Notes: generated by a model not told the origin, from the letters alone. A DNA stretch of 64,000 nucleotides from Amphritea sp. HPY (GCF_050870985.1 NZ_CP194015.1:1941407-2005406), one strand, 5' to 3'; numbered from the stretch's first letter, positions 22,820 through 34,611 are shown. Made by a program: numbers and translations.

Positions 22820-23749
22820 TTAAAGCTTAGCGTCCAGTTCAGGCACCGCTTCAAACAGATCAGCCACCAGACCATAGTCCGCAACAGAGAAGATTGGTGC
22901 TTCTTCATCTTTGTTAATCGCGACGATAACCTTGGAGTCTTTCATACCTGCAAGGTGCTGAATCGCACCGGAGATACCAACAGCGATATACAGATCAGGG
23001 GCGACAATCTTACCCGTCTGGCCCACCTGCATATCATTAGGTACGAAGCCGGCATCAACCGCCGCACGGGATGCACCTACAGCAGCGCCTAGCTTATCGG
23101 CAACGGATTCCAGCAGAGCAAAGTTCTCACCGTTACCCATACCACGACCACCAGAGATGATCACACTGGCAGCGGTCAGTTCAGGACGATCGCTCTTAGC
23201 AACTTCTTCACCGACAAAGCTGGAGATACCCGCATCATGGGCAGCAGCAACAGCTTCTACGGTAGCACTGCCACCTTCGGTAGCAGCAGCATCAAATGCA
23301 GTACCACGAACGGTAATCACCTTGATAGCATCCAGCGACTTGACTGTAGCAATCGCGTTACCCGCGTAGATCGGACGCGCAAAAGTATCTTCGCTGTCGA
23401 CCCGGATAATATCGGAGATCTGGGCTACATCCAGCAGCGCTGCTACGCGTGGCAAAACATTCTTACCTGTCGTCGTAGCAGGCGCAATAACATGGCTGTA
23501 ATCACGACCCAACTCTGCCACCAGCTGGCTTAGGTTCTCAGCCAGTTGATGTGCGTATGCGGCGTTATCAGCCAGCAATACCTTATTAACACCAGCAACC
23601 GTTGCTGCAGCATCCGCAGCAGCCTGACAGTCAGAGCCTGCGATCAGCAGATGGATATCTCCACCAATCTGAGACGCCGCTGTAACCGCATTCAGCGTAG
23701 CAGCCTTGAGGGATTGATTGTCGTGTTCTGCAATAATCAGAGTAGCCAT
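22820..23749 (-). CDS. etfA: Electron transfer flavoprotein alpha subunit.
   Basis: 309 aa, classic EtfA sequence (…[32 protein letters not shown]…). Confidence 0.93.
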   Translation of the reverse strand: MATLIIAEHDNQSLKAATLNAVTAASQIGGDIHLLIAGSDCQAAADAAATVAGVNKVLLADNAAYAHQLAENLSQLVAELGRDYSHVIAPATTTGKNVLPRVAALLDVAQISDIIRVDSEDTFARPIYAGNAIATVKSLDAIKVITVRGTAFDAAATEGGSATVEAVAAAHDAGISSFVGEEVAKSDRPELTAASVIISGGRGMGNGENFALLESVADKLGAAVGASRAAVDAGFVPNDMQVGQTGKIVAPDLYIAVGISGAIQHLAGMKDSKVIVAINKDEEAPIFSVADYGLVADLFEAVPELDAKL

Positions 23750-24498
23750 CAGATCACCTTCGCTTCATTCTTCAGTTTATCTACCAACTCCTCAACAGAA
23801 GCTACCTTGATGCCGGCCTGACGCTCAGATGGCGGCTCAACACTTATCAGCTGAGTATGCGCTTTTACCGCAACACCCAGATCTTCAGGGGTTTTAGTAT
23901 CCAGTGGCTTGCGCTTGGCTTTCATAATATTGGGCAGAGAAGCATAACGCGGCTCATTCAGACGCAGGTCTGTGGTGATGATCGCTGGCATATTCAGCTC
24001 AACAGTCTGCAAACCTCCATCAACTTCACGGGTCACCTGAACCTTGTCACCTTCAACCTTAACTTCCGATGCGAATGTGCCTTGCGGCATATTAGTCAGC
24101 GCCGCCAGCATCTGGCCGGTCTGATTATTATCACTATCGATCGCCTGCTTACCCATGATAACCAGGCCTGGCTGCTCCTCTTCAACGATCTTAGCCAGTA
24201 ACTTGGCTACGGTCAGCGATTCAAGATTTTCATCTGACTGAACCAGAATACCGCGATCGGCACCCAGCGCCAGTGCAGTACGAACCTGCTCCTGTGCAGC
24301 CTGAGGCCCCAGAGAAACAACAACAACTTCAGAAGCGACACCCGCCTCTTTGAGTCGTACCGCTTCTTCTACGGCGATCTCACAGAACGGATTCATCGCC
24401 ATTTTTACATTACTTAAATCAACGTCACTGTTATCGGACTTAACACGTACTTTTACGTTGTAATCGATAACACGTTTGACAGTTACCAGCACTTTCAT
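23749..24498 (-). CDS. etfB: Electron transfer flavoprotein beta subunit.
   Basis: 249 aa, [19 protein letters not shown]... Confidence 0.93.
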   Translation of the reverse strand: MKVLVTVKRVIDYNVKVRVKSDNSDVDLSNVKMAMNPFCEIAVEEAVRLKEAGVASEVVVVSLGPQAAQEQVRTALALGADRGILVQSDENLESLTVAKLLAKIVEEEQPGLVIMGKQAIDSDNNQTGQMLAALTNMPQGTFASEVKVEGDKVQVTREVDGGLQTVELNMPAIITTDLRLNEPRYASLPNIMKAKRKPLDTKTPEDLGVAVKAHTQLISVEPPSERQAGIKVASVEELVDKLKNEAKVI

Positions 24499-24789
24499 CT
24501 GTTTACCGCCTTTTCTCTTAATTTATCAGGGAGTAATCCCAGTTTAACGCACGTTTGAGCCGCACAAAAATTAGGGCATTCCCCTATTTTACACGGGCAC
24601 TTCGAATAAGCAATAACCCTAACAGGCTAAAAAGTTTCAAATTCAGTTGATTTTCCCCCTTGTTTTTTATTAGGGTAAACACCTATAACTAAAATGCATC
24701 TTTCCTCCGCGAGGATAGACGCTCTGATCCGACATGAACTATAATACAGAATTTGTGTTCGCTGGGAGTAAAACGTGACAAGAGAATCG

Positions 24790-26424
24790 ATGGAATTTGA
24801 TGTTGTAATCGTCGGCGCAGGTCCGGCCGGACTATCGACCGCGTGCCGCCTGATGCAACAGGCCAACGAGGCAGGCACAGAGCTGACCGTCTGCGTGGTG
24901 GAGAAAGGCTCCGAAGTCGGTGCGCATATTCTCTCCGGTGCGGTAGTTGAGCCCCGCGCCCTGAATGAGCTATTCCCCGACTGGAAAGAGCAAGGCGCAC
25001 CGCTGAAAACCGAAGTCACCGAAGATCAGATCTTCCTGCTTAAGAATGACCAGAAAGGCAGCAAAATCCCGAACTTCCTGGTGCCGAAGACCATGCACAA
25101 CCATGGCAACTATATCGCCAGTGTTGGCAACCTGTGCCGCTGGCTGGCCGAACAGGCGGAGCAGCTGGGCGTCGAAGTATTCCCTGGTTTTCCGGCCTCT
25201 CACATCATCTACGGTGACGAGGGTCAGGTAACAGGTATCGGTACCGGCGATATGGGGCTGGATGAACAAGGTAACCAGAAGGATAGCTACATGCCGGGCA
25301 TGGACCTGCTGGCTAAATACACCATCTTCAGCGAGGGCTGTCGTGGTCATCTGGGTAAAGAGCTGATCGCAAAATACGAACTGGATGCGGGCAAAGATGC
25401 CCAGCATTACGGTATCGGTATCAAAGAGTTGTGGGACATCGATCCGGCTAAACATCAGCCAGGCCTGGTACTGCACGGAGCAGGCTGGCCACTGACCGAA
25501 GGCGGCGCCAGCGGTGGTTTCTTCCTCTACCACACCGAAGATAATCAGGTCGTGGTTGGTCTGATCACCGATCTGAACTACGACAATCCGCACCTGAGCC
25601 CGTTCGATGAGTTCCAGCGCATGAAACACCATCCGCAGCTTGCTCAATACCTTGAAGGCGGCAAGCGGGTCTCTTACGGCGCCCGCGCCATCACTAAAGG
25701 TGGATTCAATGCTCTGCCGAAGATGACCATGCCCGGCGCACTGCTGCTAGGCTGCGATGTCGGTACCCTGAACTTCTCCAAGATCAAGGGCACCCATACC
25801 GCGATGAAATCCGGCATGATCGCGGCTGAAACGATTTTTGCGGCAATTCAGGGTGGTGATGAAGGTGGTAAGGATCTGACCGCTTACGCTGAAAGCTTTA
25901 AGAATTCCTGGGTCTATGACGAGCTGTACAGCAGCCGCAACTTCGGTCCGGCACTGCACAAATACGGCACGGTAGTTGGCGGCGCGCTGAATTATATCGA
26001 TCAGAACATCTTCAGCCTGCCGTTCACTATTCACGATAACCATCCCGATCACGCGCAGATGAAAGCGGCCAGCGAATGCGCCACGATCAGCTACCCGAAA
26101 CCGGATGGCGTACTCAGCTTCGATAAGCCATCTTCTGTATTCCTGTCGAATACCAACCACGAAGAAAACCAGCTTTGTCACCTGAAGCTGACCGACAGCT
26201 CAATCCCTCTGGGACAGAACCTGCCCAAGTTCGACGAACCGGCACAGCGTTACTGCCCGGCCGGGGTGTATGAAGTGATCGACGACGAGAACGGTGATAA
26301 ACAGTTCCAGATCAACTCACAGAACTGCGTGCATTGTAAGACCTGTGATATCAAAGATCCGGCGCAGAACATCACCTGGGTAACGCCTGAGGGTGGCGGC
26401 GGGCCGAATTACCCTAATATGTAA
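24790..26424 (+). CDS. Electron-transferring-flavoprotein dehydrogenase (ETF:ubiquinone oxidoreductase).
   Basis: MEFDVVIVGAGPAGLS FAD motif. C-terminal 4Fe-4S ferredoxin motif CVHCKTCDIKDP. Position 24775 is a GTG. ATG 24790 is the preferred start. Confidence 0.92.
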   Translation: MEFDVVIVGAGPAGLSTACRLMQQANEAGTELTVCVVEKGSEVGAHILSGAVVEPRALNELFPDWKEQGAPLKTEVTEDQIFLLKNDQKGSKIPNFLVPKTMHNHGNYIASVGNLCRWLAEQAEQLGVEVFPGFPASHIIYGDEGQVTGIGTGDMGLDEQGNQKDSYMPGMDLLAKYTIFSEGCRGHLGKELIAKYELDAGKDAQHYGIGIKELWDIDPAKHQPGLVLHGAGWPLTEGGASGGFFLYHTEDNQVVVGLITDLNYDNPHLSPFDEFQRMKHHPQLAQYLEGGKRVSYGARAITKGGFNALPKMTMPGALLLGCDVGTLNFSKIKGTHTAMKSGMIAAETIFAAIQGGDEGGKDLTAYAESFKNSWVYDELYSSRNFGPALHKYGTVVGGALNYIDQNIFSLPFTIHDNHPDHAQMKAASECATISYPKPDGVLSFDKPSSVFLSNTNHEENQLCHLKLTDSSIPLGQNLPKFDEPAQRYCPAGVYEVIDDENGDKQFQINSQNCVHCKTCDIKDPAQNITWVTPEGGGGPNYPNM

Positions 26425-26464
26425 GGATATAATGAAATAGGGGCTTTCAGAACGAAGGCCCCAT

Positions 26465-26485
26465 AAAGTAAGCAATAAGTAAGCA
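26465..26485. repeat. attL-like direct repeat of the island.
   Basis: Exact 21-mer shared with 45970-45990. Confidence 0.55.
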
Positions 26486-26743
26486 AATCAAATGCAAATT
26501 CAGGCAAAGATTGGACAAATATACTCTCTCTAACCTGCCAGCCATCTTTTCAATCTATCACCGATAGAGACCCCCACCCTCAAAAATTCACATCTCCGTA
26601 GCTCTGGTGCATCCCATCCACACATTTTTTTGGGATCTGAAAACTAACCGAGTCAGCCTTCATCCTCATAGATAATACCGATAGGATTATAGGAAGTTGA
26701 GTGGTCTGACAAGTTCAATATTAAGTAGGTCGAGCTCTAAGCT

Positions 26744-27151
26744 TCATTTCGACACAAAGTGGTAATACCACTTGCGTTCTTTATCCAATCCATCAAACTC
26801 GATTGAGTGTATTTCCCATCCAGCGGCCAAGAACTTCTGAACAGCCACTTCGCAATATTCATTTTCGTAGTCTATTGCAGGATCTACTCCTCCGGCGACG
26901 ATGGCTTGTGCATAAGCAGGGTGATCTAATGTAACACCTACAACCTGAAGAAACGCCCTATTTATTGTTAAGTCAAAATCCAATCGACACCTCATTAAAG
27001 CGTATCCCGGCGAGCCGCCTCCGCTTCTTGCTGCTTCTACGTTACGTGGAAAGGATACGGCGGAAATACTGATAACCACCATTAACGCAACAATTGATAT
27101 AATCAACAAAGACCATATTCTTATTTTTCTTGTGTACATAATGACCTCCAT
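26744..27151 (-). CDS. Hypothetical membrane-anchored protein (island cargo).
   Basis: 135-aa ORF with an N-terminal hydrophobic helix. No recognisable family. Confidence 0.35.
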   Translation of the reverse strand: MEVIMYTRKIRIWSLLIISIVALMVVISISAVSFPRNVEAARSGGGSPGYALMRCRLDFDLTINRAFLQVVGVTLDHPAYAQAIVAGGVDPAIDYENEYCEVAVQKFLAAGWEIHSIEFDGLDKERKWYYHFVSK

Positions 27152-27451
27152 AGAAAGCAGGAGTATTGAGTAAGTGCGTCATGTCATATAGTAGAACGCA
27201 CTGGTCAGTGTGAGCTCATCACCGCCTCGCCCACTACCAAAGTGTAGTAAAGAGATCAGCAAGACTTCGTTCAAGCCCCCCCCCATCAAAAACACATTAT
27301 CCGAATAGAACTAGACATCTCGTCCATACACCGGAGGGGAAAGTTAGAAACTCTGGCTTTTGCTTTGGTGCTCGAATACAACCTACCTAAATTAGATAGC
27401 AGAAACTTCAGGGACGATGCTCGCCAAGCAGGCACTAAGATAGCCCTACAC

Positions 27452-27733
27452 CTAATAACACGTAGTTGTGCAATTGTTATCACTATAACAGTATGTGTTA
27501 CAGATAATTCCGCCAGGGGTAGGGTTAATAGGCTGCAGTCCTTGTCTTGGTTGGGTTGGTGGCTGCCGTACCGCATCGTATGGATTTTGTAGCTCAGCAT
27601 AGTGATTCTCAATAAGTACTGGTTGTTGCACCAACATCAACTGCACGCTTATATTTGATGTTTGGGCTGCTACTGTCGAGAAACCCAAGAGACCTACAGT
27701 AAAGCACGCTGCTATAAAAAAGAATTTGATCAT
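27452..27733 (-). CDS. Small secreted Cys-rich protein of 93 aa.
   Basis: GGAGGG RBS 6 nt upstream of ATG 27733. Signal peptide MIKFFFIAACFTVGLLGFSTVAAQ. Q/P-rich linker. C-terminal IICNTYCYSDNNCTTTCY. Confidence 0.4.
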   Translation of the reverse strand: MIKFFFIAACFTVGLLGFSTVAAQTSNISVQLMLVQQPVLIENHYAELQNPYDAVRQPPTQPRQGLQPINPTPGGIICNTYCYSDNNCTTTCY

Positions 27734-28222
27734 GGAGAGTCCCTCCATTGCGGATTTTTTTATTATTTGTGTCTCTATTATTGATTGTAGTTTAAGGGCA
27801 CTGATGCATATATCGAAATGATAACCATGAGTCTCATTGACGACATTAATTTTGCGCTATTAACCGCTTGGGTTGACTCTTATTGACTAAGGTCTAGCGT
27901 CATACTTATGGTTGTAAAAGAGTGCCGTGAACTAATGCGCGGTACGTTATTCAACTCTGGCTTTTAAGTTTCTCTGCTTGAATTTCCTCTTTGTGTCATC
28001 AGCTGCCGTTGATGGACCTGGTCATATCGTTGGGTCTATGTGTGGCCGTAAGAGGCAGCAGTCGCCCAACAGCGTAATCCGCTGCAAGCTTCTAATAATC
28101 ATGAATATCTCGATTTCTACCGATACGTGAAGCACACCTCCAATTTCGTAGCTATATTTCAACGTAATATGTGTTCCCTTGTTGATTTCATGGACCTAAT
28201 TAACTAGCTGTAAAGGATATAT

Positions 28223-28672
28223 ATGAGAAAAATTCAGATCCTATATTTCATACTTATGGTAGCTTTTATTGCGGGATGTGCATCCACTGTTTTAGAAAGG
28301 AAAACATTCAAAAGTTACGCTATTGGTAAGCAATCAACCACTCCTATTGGTATTCCTTTTCTTATTGATCAAGATGGTTCCGTAGAAAAAGTAAAAACAT
28401 GGGTCGGGATACTTTATTCTCCAGATGGCTGGAAAATCGAAAAAAGGTATTCAGAGGACTTTGTCAGAAAAGAACTTATTTATTCTGGAAAATCAGGAGA
28501 TACCGTTGAAATAAGCTATAGGGAATTTCGAGGTGGCCTTGCCGCACCTGCTTTTTATCAAAACCTAAAATACGATCTTTTAGAGTCGAGAATAGTAACG
28601 TTTCAAAATTTCCGAGTAGATATCATTAATGCTGATAACCAGTCCATAACATACAGAATTGTAAGGGATTGA
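28223..28672 (+). CDS. Lipoprotein, function unknown.
   Basis: Signal peptide with lipobox (FIAGC). 149 aa. Confidence 0.5.
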   Translation: MRKIQILYFILMVAFIAGCASTVLERKTFKSYAIGKQSTTPIGIPFLIDQDGSVEKVKTWVGILYSPDGWKIEKRYSEDFVRKELIYSGKSGDTVEISYREFRGGLAAPAFYQNLKYDLLESRIVTFQNFRVDIINADNQSITYRIVRD

Positions 28673-29125
28673 ACTCCATTAACAACAATATTTATAAATG
28701 TAGACTGGATATTTAGCTACGATCCAAAGCCGGATTTGTTAAGCAGATAATTATTCAGAGCCACACACTGACAACTTATGTGTCATTGGCTACCGAAGGT
28801 GGCGGTAAGCCAGCGTGAAGTCGCTTTGTGCCAACAGCGGTCACGGATAGTAACCCTAAAGATAAGCCGCTATCGACCCAAACCAGACCTATCGCGTACC
28901 AGCTTCACAGACTGCTCTTTGGTAGCTAATGACACATACCCGCCGCTCGCTGAAGTTCAATAACGGCTACAGTTGAGGCAAAGTGTTGGCTTTTATTGGA
29001 CTCTTGGATGGTGTGGGTTGATTGTCCTCTCATCCTAGTAGACACAGCAAAAAGCAGGGAATAGTCTATAGACTCCTCCCTGCTTAACTCACATCAAGGG
29101 CAGCTCACATAGCGATCTATACGTC

Positions 29126-30241
29126 CTAGTGACACGTATCCTTGACAATATTAACGCTGTCAGTGCCTTCAATTGGAGTCCCGTCCAGAAGTTCACCATT
29201 CACCGTGGCGGAGGTCGTATCACCGTCAAGAGCTGCGATATCCGACGTTAAGTAATGACAGACGAGGTCATCAATAGAATCGTCATTGATATCTTCGTAG
29301 CTGCAAAGGGAGTGTGGGTCTTTCTTACCAACCACCTTAACAGCCGTCTCAGCAAATCTGAGGGTCTCGGTATTGATGTCGAATACGTTGAACGTATCAG
29401 AGCCCAGAATCCCAATCGGCACCGTGCCGTTGGAGCAAAGATTGATGCTGTTGGGGAAGCTGTCCGGATGGATGTCGATGGCAACCGAAATACTTACAGA
29501 ACATAATTCCTGTATTTCTTCATCAGAAAGGGCACGGTCATATATGCGCACATCATCAATTATTCCTTGAAATGCGCCATTCCCATTCCCCAAATGATTT
29601 GAGTTTTTGTAATTCCCAATTCTGAGAGGTTCGGGGCCGGTATAGGCTATGACAGAACCAATATTGCTACTTTCCTCCAACACCCCGTTAACGTTAATCT
29701 TGAGATTCGTCCCATCATAGATGCCCACAGCACAGTGCCACTCACCGGGGAGATATTCTCCAGAAGAACGAACCACGAAATCCAAGCCATCCGAAGCCCG
29801 CTCCAATTTATTCCCGAAAAACTCATCAGTCCCAGTTATCCAAAATAGACCAAATGTATCCTCATTTCCCCCATTGTATGCGATTTTCCAAATAATAGGA
29901 CCCGGTGTATCTTCTGAGATATCATCAGGTCTTACCCAAGCTATCAATGTCCAAGAATCGACTAAATCAAATGGGCGGGGGGGATCGCCCGGATTAGGTA
30001 CCTCAATATAATCATCCACACTAAGTCCACCAAACATATAGGCACTATCAGGATTACCAAACCTATCTGCTGTCGAAGTAGCACCAGATACCGTACCGTG
30101 ATGCATGTTTCCACTTGCATCATCAGCGTTTCCATTAAATGGGTAATAAGCTACCAAACCACTAGTCAAATCAGCAAATGTTAAATTGGTAGTAAAAAAA
30201 ATCATAGCTAGAGCTGAAACAAAGATTGAAAATTTTTTCAT
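29126..30241 (-). CDS. Secreted LamG/concanavalin-A-like jelly-roll domain protein with a conserved C-terminal domain of about 110 aa.
   Basis: GAGGAGG RBS before ATG 30241. Signal peptide MKKFSIFVSALAMIFF. The motif LVAYYPFNGNADDASGN...DDYIEV is typical of LamG-like proteins. The C-terminal domain is shared with the 38458-39372 protein. Confidence 0.6.
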   Translation of the reverse strand: MKKFSIFVSALAMIFFTTNLTFADLTSGLVAYYPFNGNADDASGNMHHGTVSGATSTADRFGNPDSAYMFGGLSVDDYIEVPNPGDPPRPFDLVDSWTLIAWVRPDDISEDTPGPIIWKIAYNGGNEDTFGLFWITGTDEFFGNKLERASDGLDFVVRSSGEYLPGEWHCAVGIYDGTNLKINVNGVLEESSNIGSVIAYTGPEPLRIGNYKNSNHLGNGNGAFQGIIDDVRIYDRALSDEEIQELCSVSISVAIDIHPDSFPNSINLCSNGTVPIGILGSDTFNVFDINTETLRFAETAVKVVGKKDPHSLCSYEDINDDSIDDLVCHYLTSDIAALDGDTTSATVNGELLDGTPIEGTDSVNIVKDTCH

Positions 30242-31049
30242 GTTTGCCTCCTCACAAGGCGCTCGCGCATCCACCCAGAAAAAAGAAACGCAGTAGCAAA
30301 CTGTTGTCGAAAAGTTGTTACAAGAAAAAAAGCAAAATATTTGCCATAAAAACTATAAGGGTTATTTTTCAGCGCATTAGGTCATCCCAAGGGTCGGTGC
30401 GGTTTCCCGTAGTTGTCAGCAATACTTTACAGTGGCCCGGTGCTGATATTGCCGCCGCCAGCGAAGTGAAGCCCATTGGCCTAGTTGGACAGCAACAGGA
30501 ATCGCATCGCGGCGCACAGCACTAGAACGCCGTTTATGGGGGCTGTCTCGGCTGAGAATGCGTCGATAGCAGAAGTAACCGACGGATATAAAAAGAGAAT
30601 CGTTGAGAGAATGCTCTGTCATTAGGGACTTATGGGCTGGCCCCAGAGCCTGATTCAATGATTACGCCCCGTTGGGATGAAGCTCTAGCAGCGATCAATC
30701 AAACTCCTGCGGCAGGACTTGAGCGGTTGGGCAGCGGCTGTTAAATTTTTGATACAGCTAAACAGACCATTTGTGGCTTCGCAGGGCAGATCCCTACCGG
30801 GAGTCATTACTAGCAGCCTTGGGCTGTAGGTCTGCTTAATGCGTAACCTGCCGCTCGGCTTTAGCACACTGAATGACTGAAATTCGCCGATAGCCGAAGT
30901 ACAGACAGGTCTCGCTCGAAGGTCAGCTTTGGGTCGTTAGCGGAAGTTCAAACAGGCCAGCCAGAAAGTCAGCTGTGTGCCAACAGCGGACATAATTGCA
31001 CTACCGACTCAGCTTGAATTAACGACTCCTTTCGACCTATAGCGGACTC

Positions 31050-32966
31050 TCACGGCTCTATGGGAAATTCTTCCCGATCCCTACGTTGTTGCTCAGCTCG
31101 GGTAAGATTACCATCTCTGTCACTCTGGTTCGGCCTGCTACCACCTAAGAAATCACCAAGAATTCCAGCTGCAGCGGCAAGATCATGATTACCTTGTTCA
31201 CCTCCAAGAGAAAATACACGATCGGGTACAAACTTGTGGGCATTGGTTAGACCTGTAGTCAAAATATCTGGATGATTCTCGAATAGGTCAAAGATTCGGC
31301 TTACTATTACCTCGAACTTTCGCAGTTCCACTACACGGTCCTCGCCAAGAACTTGCGCCTGTTCCTTCTGTCCTGTAGCTATCAAGCTAAGCTTATCTCT
31401 TTCCCCTTTACCTTCGTTTAGGCGAGCTATTGCAAATTGCTCTGAGCGTTTTACTTCAATTTCTGCCTCGACTAAATTAGGCTGTTTATCCGCCGTGGCA
31501 CGTGCTCTTTCGGTTTTAATACGCTCATCCTGTGCTAACCGTTCTTGGTTATATGACTTGGCAAGTTGTTGCGCAAGCTGTTCTCGCTTTCGAGCTACCA
31601 AAAGTTCAGGTGGTAAGTCTGGTTCGAGCAATCGCACCTCTTTTATATCCACTCCTGCTTTTACGCCCTCAACTTTAATAGTTTCTTCTATATTTGCTTC
31701 TAGTTCTGCACGGCGCTCTATCACATCCAATACCTGTGTACGGCGGTGTATTATCCTTGTTTTCGGATTACCGGTTTCGTCTAATATCTCCTCTCCATAT
31801 TTATCTAACACTGGTACTGTATAGCTAATAAAACCACCAGCAACATTTCGGACGATCGACTGAACAGAGGGGCTCATAATTCGATTCTCGACTTCCTTAA
31901 GCCCACCAACCGAAGCAATCACAAACGGGGCAAGCCTGGGAGTTACCTGAACAAGTACACGTAGTTGTTGAGCTACAGTCCAACCCTCAATCTTGAGAAA
32001 AACTGCTTCATCCACTGCCTTGCTTGGCACCTTTACGTACTCTACATGTTCGCTCTGACTAATACGGCCTTGCTGATCAACGGTAAGGTCTATACGACGT
32101 CGACTGAAACCCCCTCTGTATTCCCATGTTTGAACACGAGTGTCTATTAAGGTGACATGGTAAGCAGAACGATTGATGTAATACTTTCCTGGATTAAGAG
32201 CCCGCTCCCAAATGCCAATACATCCAACAGGAACAAGTGGAACCTCTAACTCGACGCCAATAATCCCTTCTTTGCTGATAGGTGAGCAATCCCTTGGTCT
32301 GTCTGTCTTCAAATTTCCAAAATCGACTCTAGAATGAACATTAGATTTGATCACTCCAACAAAGCCTTTAGGTATTTCCGTCACGGCTTTAAATGTTACA
32401 TCCCAAAGATATTTGTTCAGTCGGTGTTTACCAGGAGTCAGTACTGATGTCTGAGGTCCCTTTTGCCCACCATTTTTTAAGAAGTATGCTGCATCATATA
32501 ACCTCTGACTTGTTTCTCCAGATATAAATGCATCAGCGAATGTCTGATCTGGGCGTAACGGTTGACCGTCACGAGCCATAAGAAACCCATACTTACCTGA
32601 TGGTATTTCGATAACATCCATCACTTTAATATCATACAAGATATTCAAAAAAGGTCTGAAATGAAATCCAGGAGGTAAAATTTCAGCCTGCGGTCCCTTT
32701 TCGCCATCTACTGCGATAATTGATCCATATTTGAGATTACCGCCAGTGTAAATCTTAAACATATGACCTGTTTCGTCGTCTTCTATAAACACAAAAGATG
32801 TCAAAATGCAGACAAAAATAATGACAATAGAGCCTCCATATAGAAAAACACTATCAAAAAAATACTTCTTTCTTTCATCCTTAATTGAGATGAGCTTAGG
32901 CGCAATTAACATGCAAGCCAAGGCAAAAACTATAATCGCAATTAGTTCCATTTTAATATCCTCCAA
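31050..32966 (-). CDS. Flotillin-like SPFH/Band-7 domain membrane protein.
   Basis: 638 aa. Two N-terminal TM helices, a central SPFH-like region, and a long E/R/Q-rich coiled-coil C-terminus. The architecture resembles YqiK/FloT. Confidence 0.5.
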   Translation of the reverse strand: MEDIKMELIAIIVFALACMLIAPKLISIKDERKKYFFDSVFLYGGSIVIIFVCILTSFVFIEDDETGHMFKIYTGGNLKYGSIIAVDGEKGPQAEILPPGFHFRPFLNILYDIKVMDVIEIPSGKYGFLMARDGQPLRPDQTFADAFISGETSQRLYDAAYFLKNGGQKGPQTSVLTPGKHRLNKYLWDVTFKAVTEIPKGFVGVIKSNVHSRVDFGNLKTDRPRDCSPISKEGIIGVELEVPLVPVGCIGIWERALNPGKYYINRSAYHVTLIDTRVQTWEYRGGFSRRRIDLTVDQQGRISQSEHVEYVKVPSKAVDEAVFLKIEGWTVAQQLRVLVQVTPRLAPFVIASVGGLKEVENRIMSPSVQSIVRNVAGGFISYTVPVLDKYGEEILDETGNPKTRIIHRRTQVLDVIERRAELEANIEETIKVEGVKAGVDIKEVRLLEPDLPPELLVARKREQLAQQLAKSYNQERLAQDERIKTERARATADKQPNLVEAEIEVKRSEQFAIARLNEGKGERDKLSLIATGQKEQAQVLGEDRVVELRKFEVIVSRIFDLFENHPDILTTGLTNAHKFVPDRVFSLGGEQGNHDLAAAAGILGDFLGGSRPNQSDRDGNLTRAEQQRRDREEFPIEP

Positions 32967-33324
32967 GTTTTCATTAACCCCTGAATGGCTTATTAATAAA
33001 TATGCGACACTAGAGGGTATGTTATAAAATATTATTCTTACTCTTAATCCAGGAGTTATGAATAAAATGAAAATTTATAATAGGTTGCGTCTTAATTCAG
33101 ACTGCCTTTAGGAAAATGGGATGAGCTCCCCCTCTAACAGTATCTATGTTTCGTCAACTGCCGTTCATTATCTTAGTGAGATCGTTGGACCTATGTGTGA
33201 AGATAGGGACCGCAGTCGGCACAAAGCGGGTCTCTGACAACTCAGTAATAACACTTTGTTACGCCTAGTGGTTTGGAGGTGGCGCCATCAAGGTGTCGGT
33301 TAAGCTACTTGTTAAGAGGGCCTT

Positions 33325-33843
33325 CTATCTTTTCCTGTAAAACCACTCTTCGACTTGTTCACGCAACGCTTCACGTATAGCTGGATTGCTAAGTTCAGGG
33401 TGTGTTTCTTCTCCTTGAAGGATGCTATGAGCTTGTCGAACGTATGAGTTCGCTTTGCCATGACGTCCCTTACCAGCGCTTATGTTGGCTAGTACCATTA
33501 ATGAGTTAACGACTGATGTATTTGTTGGACCACACGCTTTTTTGAAAATGCCCAGCGCACGATTAGCATAACCCTCAGCTTCCTCCCACCGTTCCTGAAA
33601 CAAAATAGCAATCGCCAAGCTTATTAGCACAGGTGCGGTGTTACTCTCATCCCAATGAGTCTCAGCTAACTTAAGTGCTTGTCTTAGAACAATCTCTGCT
33701 TCTACCATTTTTCCATTTACCATATAGTCAGCGGCTTCTTCTTCAAGCTTCGTGACTTTCCACAGCGGGTATATATTCCAAAATAGAATTACTATACCAA
33801 CAGCTATGGTACCTAGAACCAATTTCCACCAAATCATTTTCAT
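33325..33843 (-). CDS. TPR-repeat protein with an N-terminal TM anchor.
   Basis: 172 aa, TPR-like helical repeats. Confidence 0.45.
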   Translation of the reverse strand: MKMIWWKLVLGTIAVGIVILFWNIYPLWKVTKLEEEAADYMVNGKMVEAEIVLRQALKLAETHWDESNTAPVLISLAIAILFQERWEEAEGYANRALGIFKKACGPTNTSVVNSLMVLANISAGKGRHGKANSYVRQAHSILQGEETHPELSNPAIREALREQVEEWFYRKR

Positions 33844-33867
33844 CTCCTAACGCCACGCATGCGATTG

Positions 33868-34611
33868 TTAGGTTTTCGGTTCCGAAATCACAGTTGACTC
33901 TATGTTTGGCAGATCTTTTGCGAGCTGGACATATGCTAAAGACATACTTCCTTCCTCAATATCCGAGACCTTCCATTCCCCATTGTCCATAGTAAAAGAC
34001 CAAACTGTTGATACTTCTTTGCATCGTTTGCTCCCTTCAACAACCTTGCCTGTATTTCTATCTTGAAGGTAGTCTCTCATTATTGCTTTTATTAAAATAA
34101 CAACCATAGAGTCTTCATGCTCTTTCCCTTCATTCCGATGAACAAATAGAAGGGGCTTAATGCAGGTAATTATATTTACATCACAAATATTTTTTAGCCC
34201 TTCTTTTTTCCATCTATCTAGATGCAGGAATTGTTGGTTCTGCCAATACCAATCTGTCATCCAGTTAGTGACACCAGAAAGATCTTCATTTTCCCAACCT
34301 GAGTGAACTCGGAAGAAACAATCTATTGCTCTTTCTTGGACCTTTAACCATTCAAATTTAGAACTATGTACCGCCATAAATCGTAAATCTTTTCGAGCAC
34401 GACGCTCCGATAGCTTCTCACGCAAAAAAACATAAGTGATTAACGGGAAAAAAATAATTGTCAGAATCCCGAGAACCACCTGCCCCCAAAATGTTTCAAA
34501 AACAACACTAGCGATTTTACCACCAGGTCCTGCAAATGCCGGATCAGCAAAAACAAATGCAGTTGCCACAACCAACACAACCATTACTACTACCTTTTTA
34601 TTCATATCCAT
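33868..34611 (-). CDS. Membrane-anchored protein, possibly with a Tim44-like/NTF2-like C-terminal domain.
   Basis: 247 aa. N-terminal signal or TM segment. The weak C-terminal resemblance (..WSFTMDNGEWKVSDIE..) was judged by eye only. Confidence 0.3.
   Translation of the reverse strand: MDMNKKVVVMVVLVVATAFVFADPAFAGPGGKIASVVFETFWGQVVLGILTIIFFPLITYVFLREKLSERRARKDLRFMAVHSSKFEWLKVQERAIDCFFRVHSGWENEDLSGVTNWMTDWYWQNQQFLHLDRWKKEGLKNICDVNIITCIKPLLFVHRNEGKEHEDSMVVILIKAIMRDYLQDRNTGKVVEGSKRCKEVSTVWSFTMDNGEWKVSDIEEGSMSLAYVQLAKDLPNIESTVISEPKT

Noticed and set aside
26400-26500. tRNA or tmRNA gene as the island integration target
   Set aside because: No cloverleaf-compatible sequence was found at either junction. 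The left junction is only the ETF-QO hairpin terminator followed by the 21-bp repeat. Integration appears intergenic.
27286-27612. 108-aa ORF on the minus strand overlapping the Cys-rich peptide gene
   Set aside because: It overlaps a better-supported gene that has a strong RBS and signal peptide. It has no RBS and a low-complexity product.
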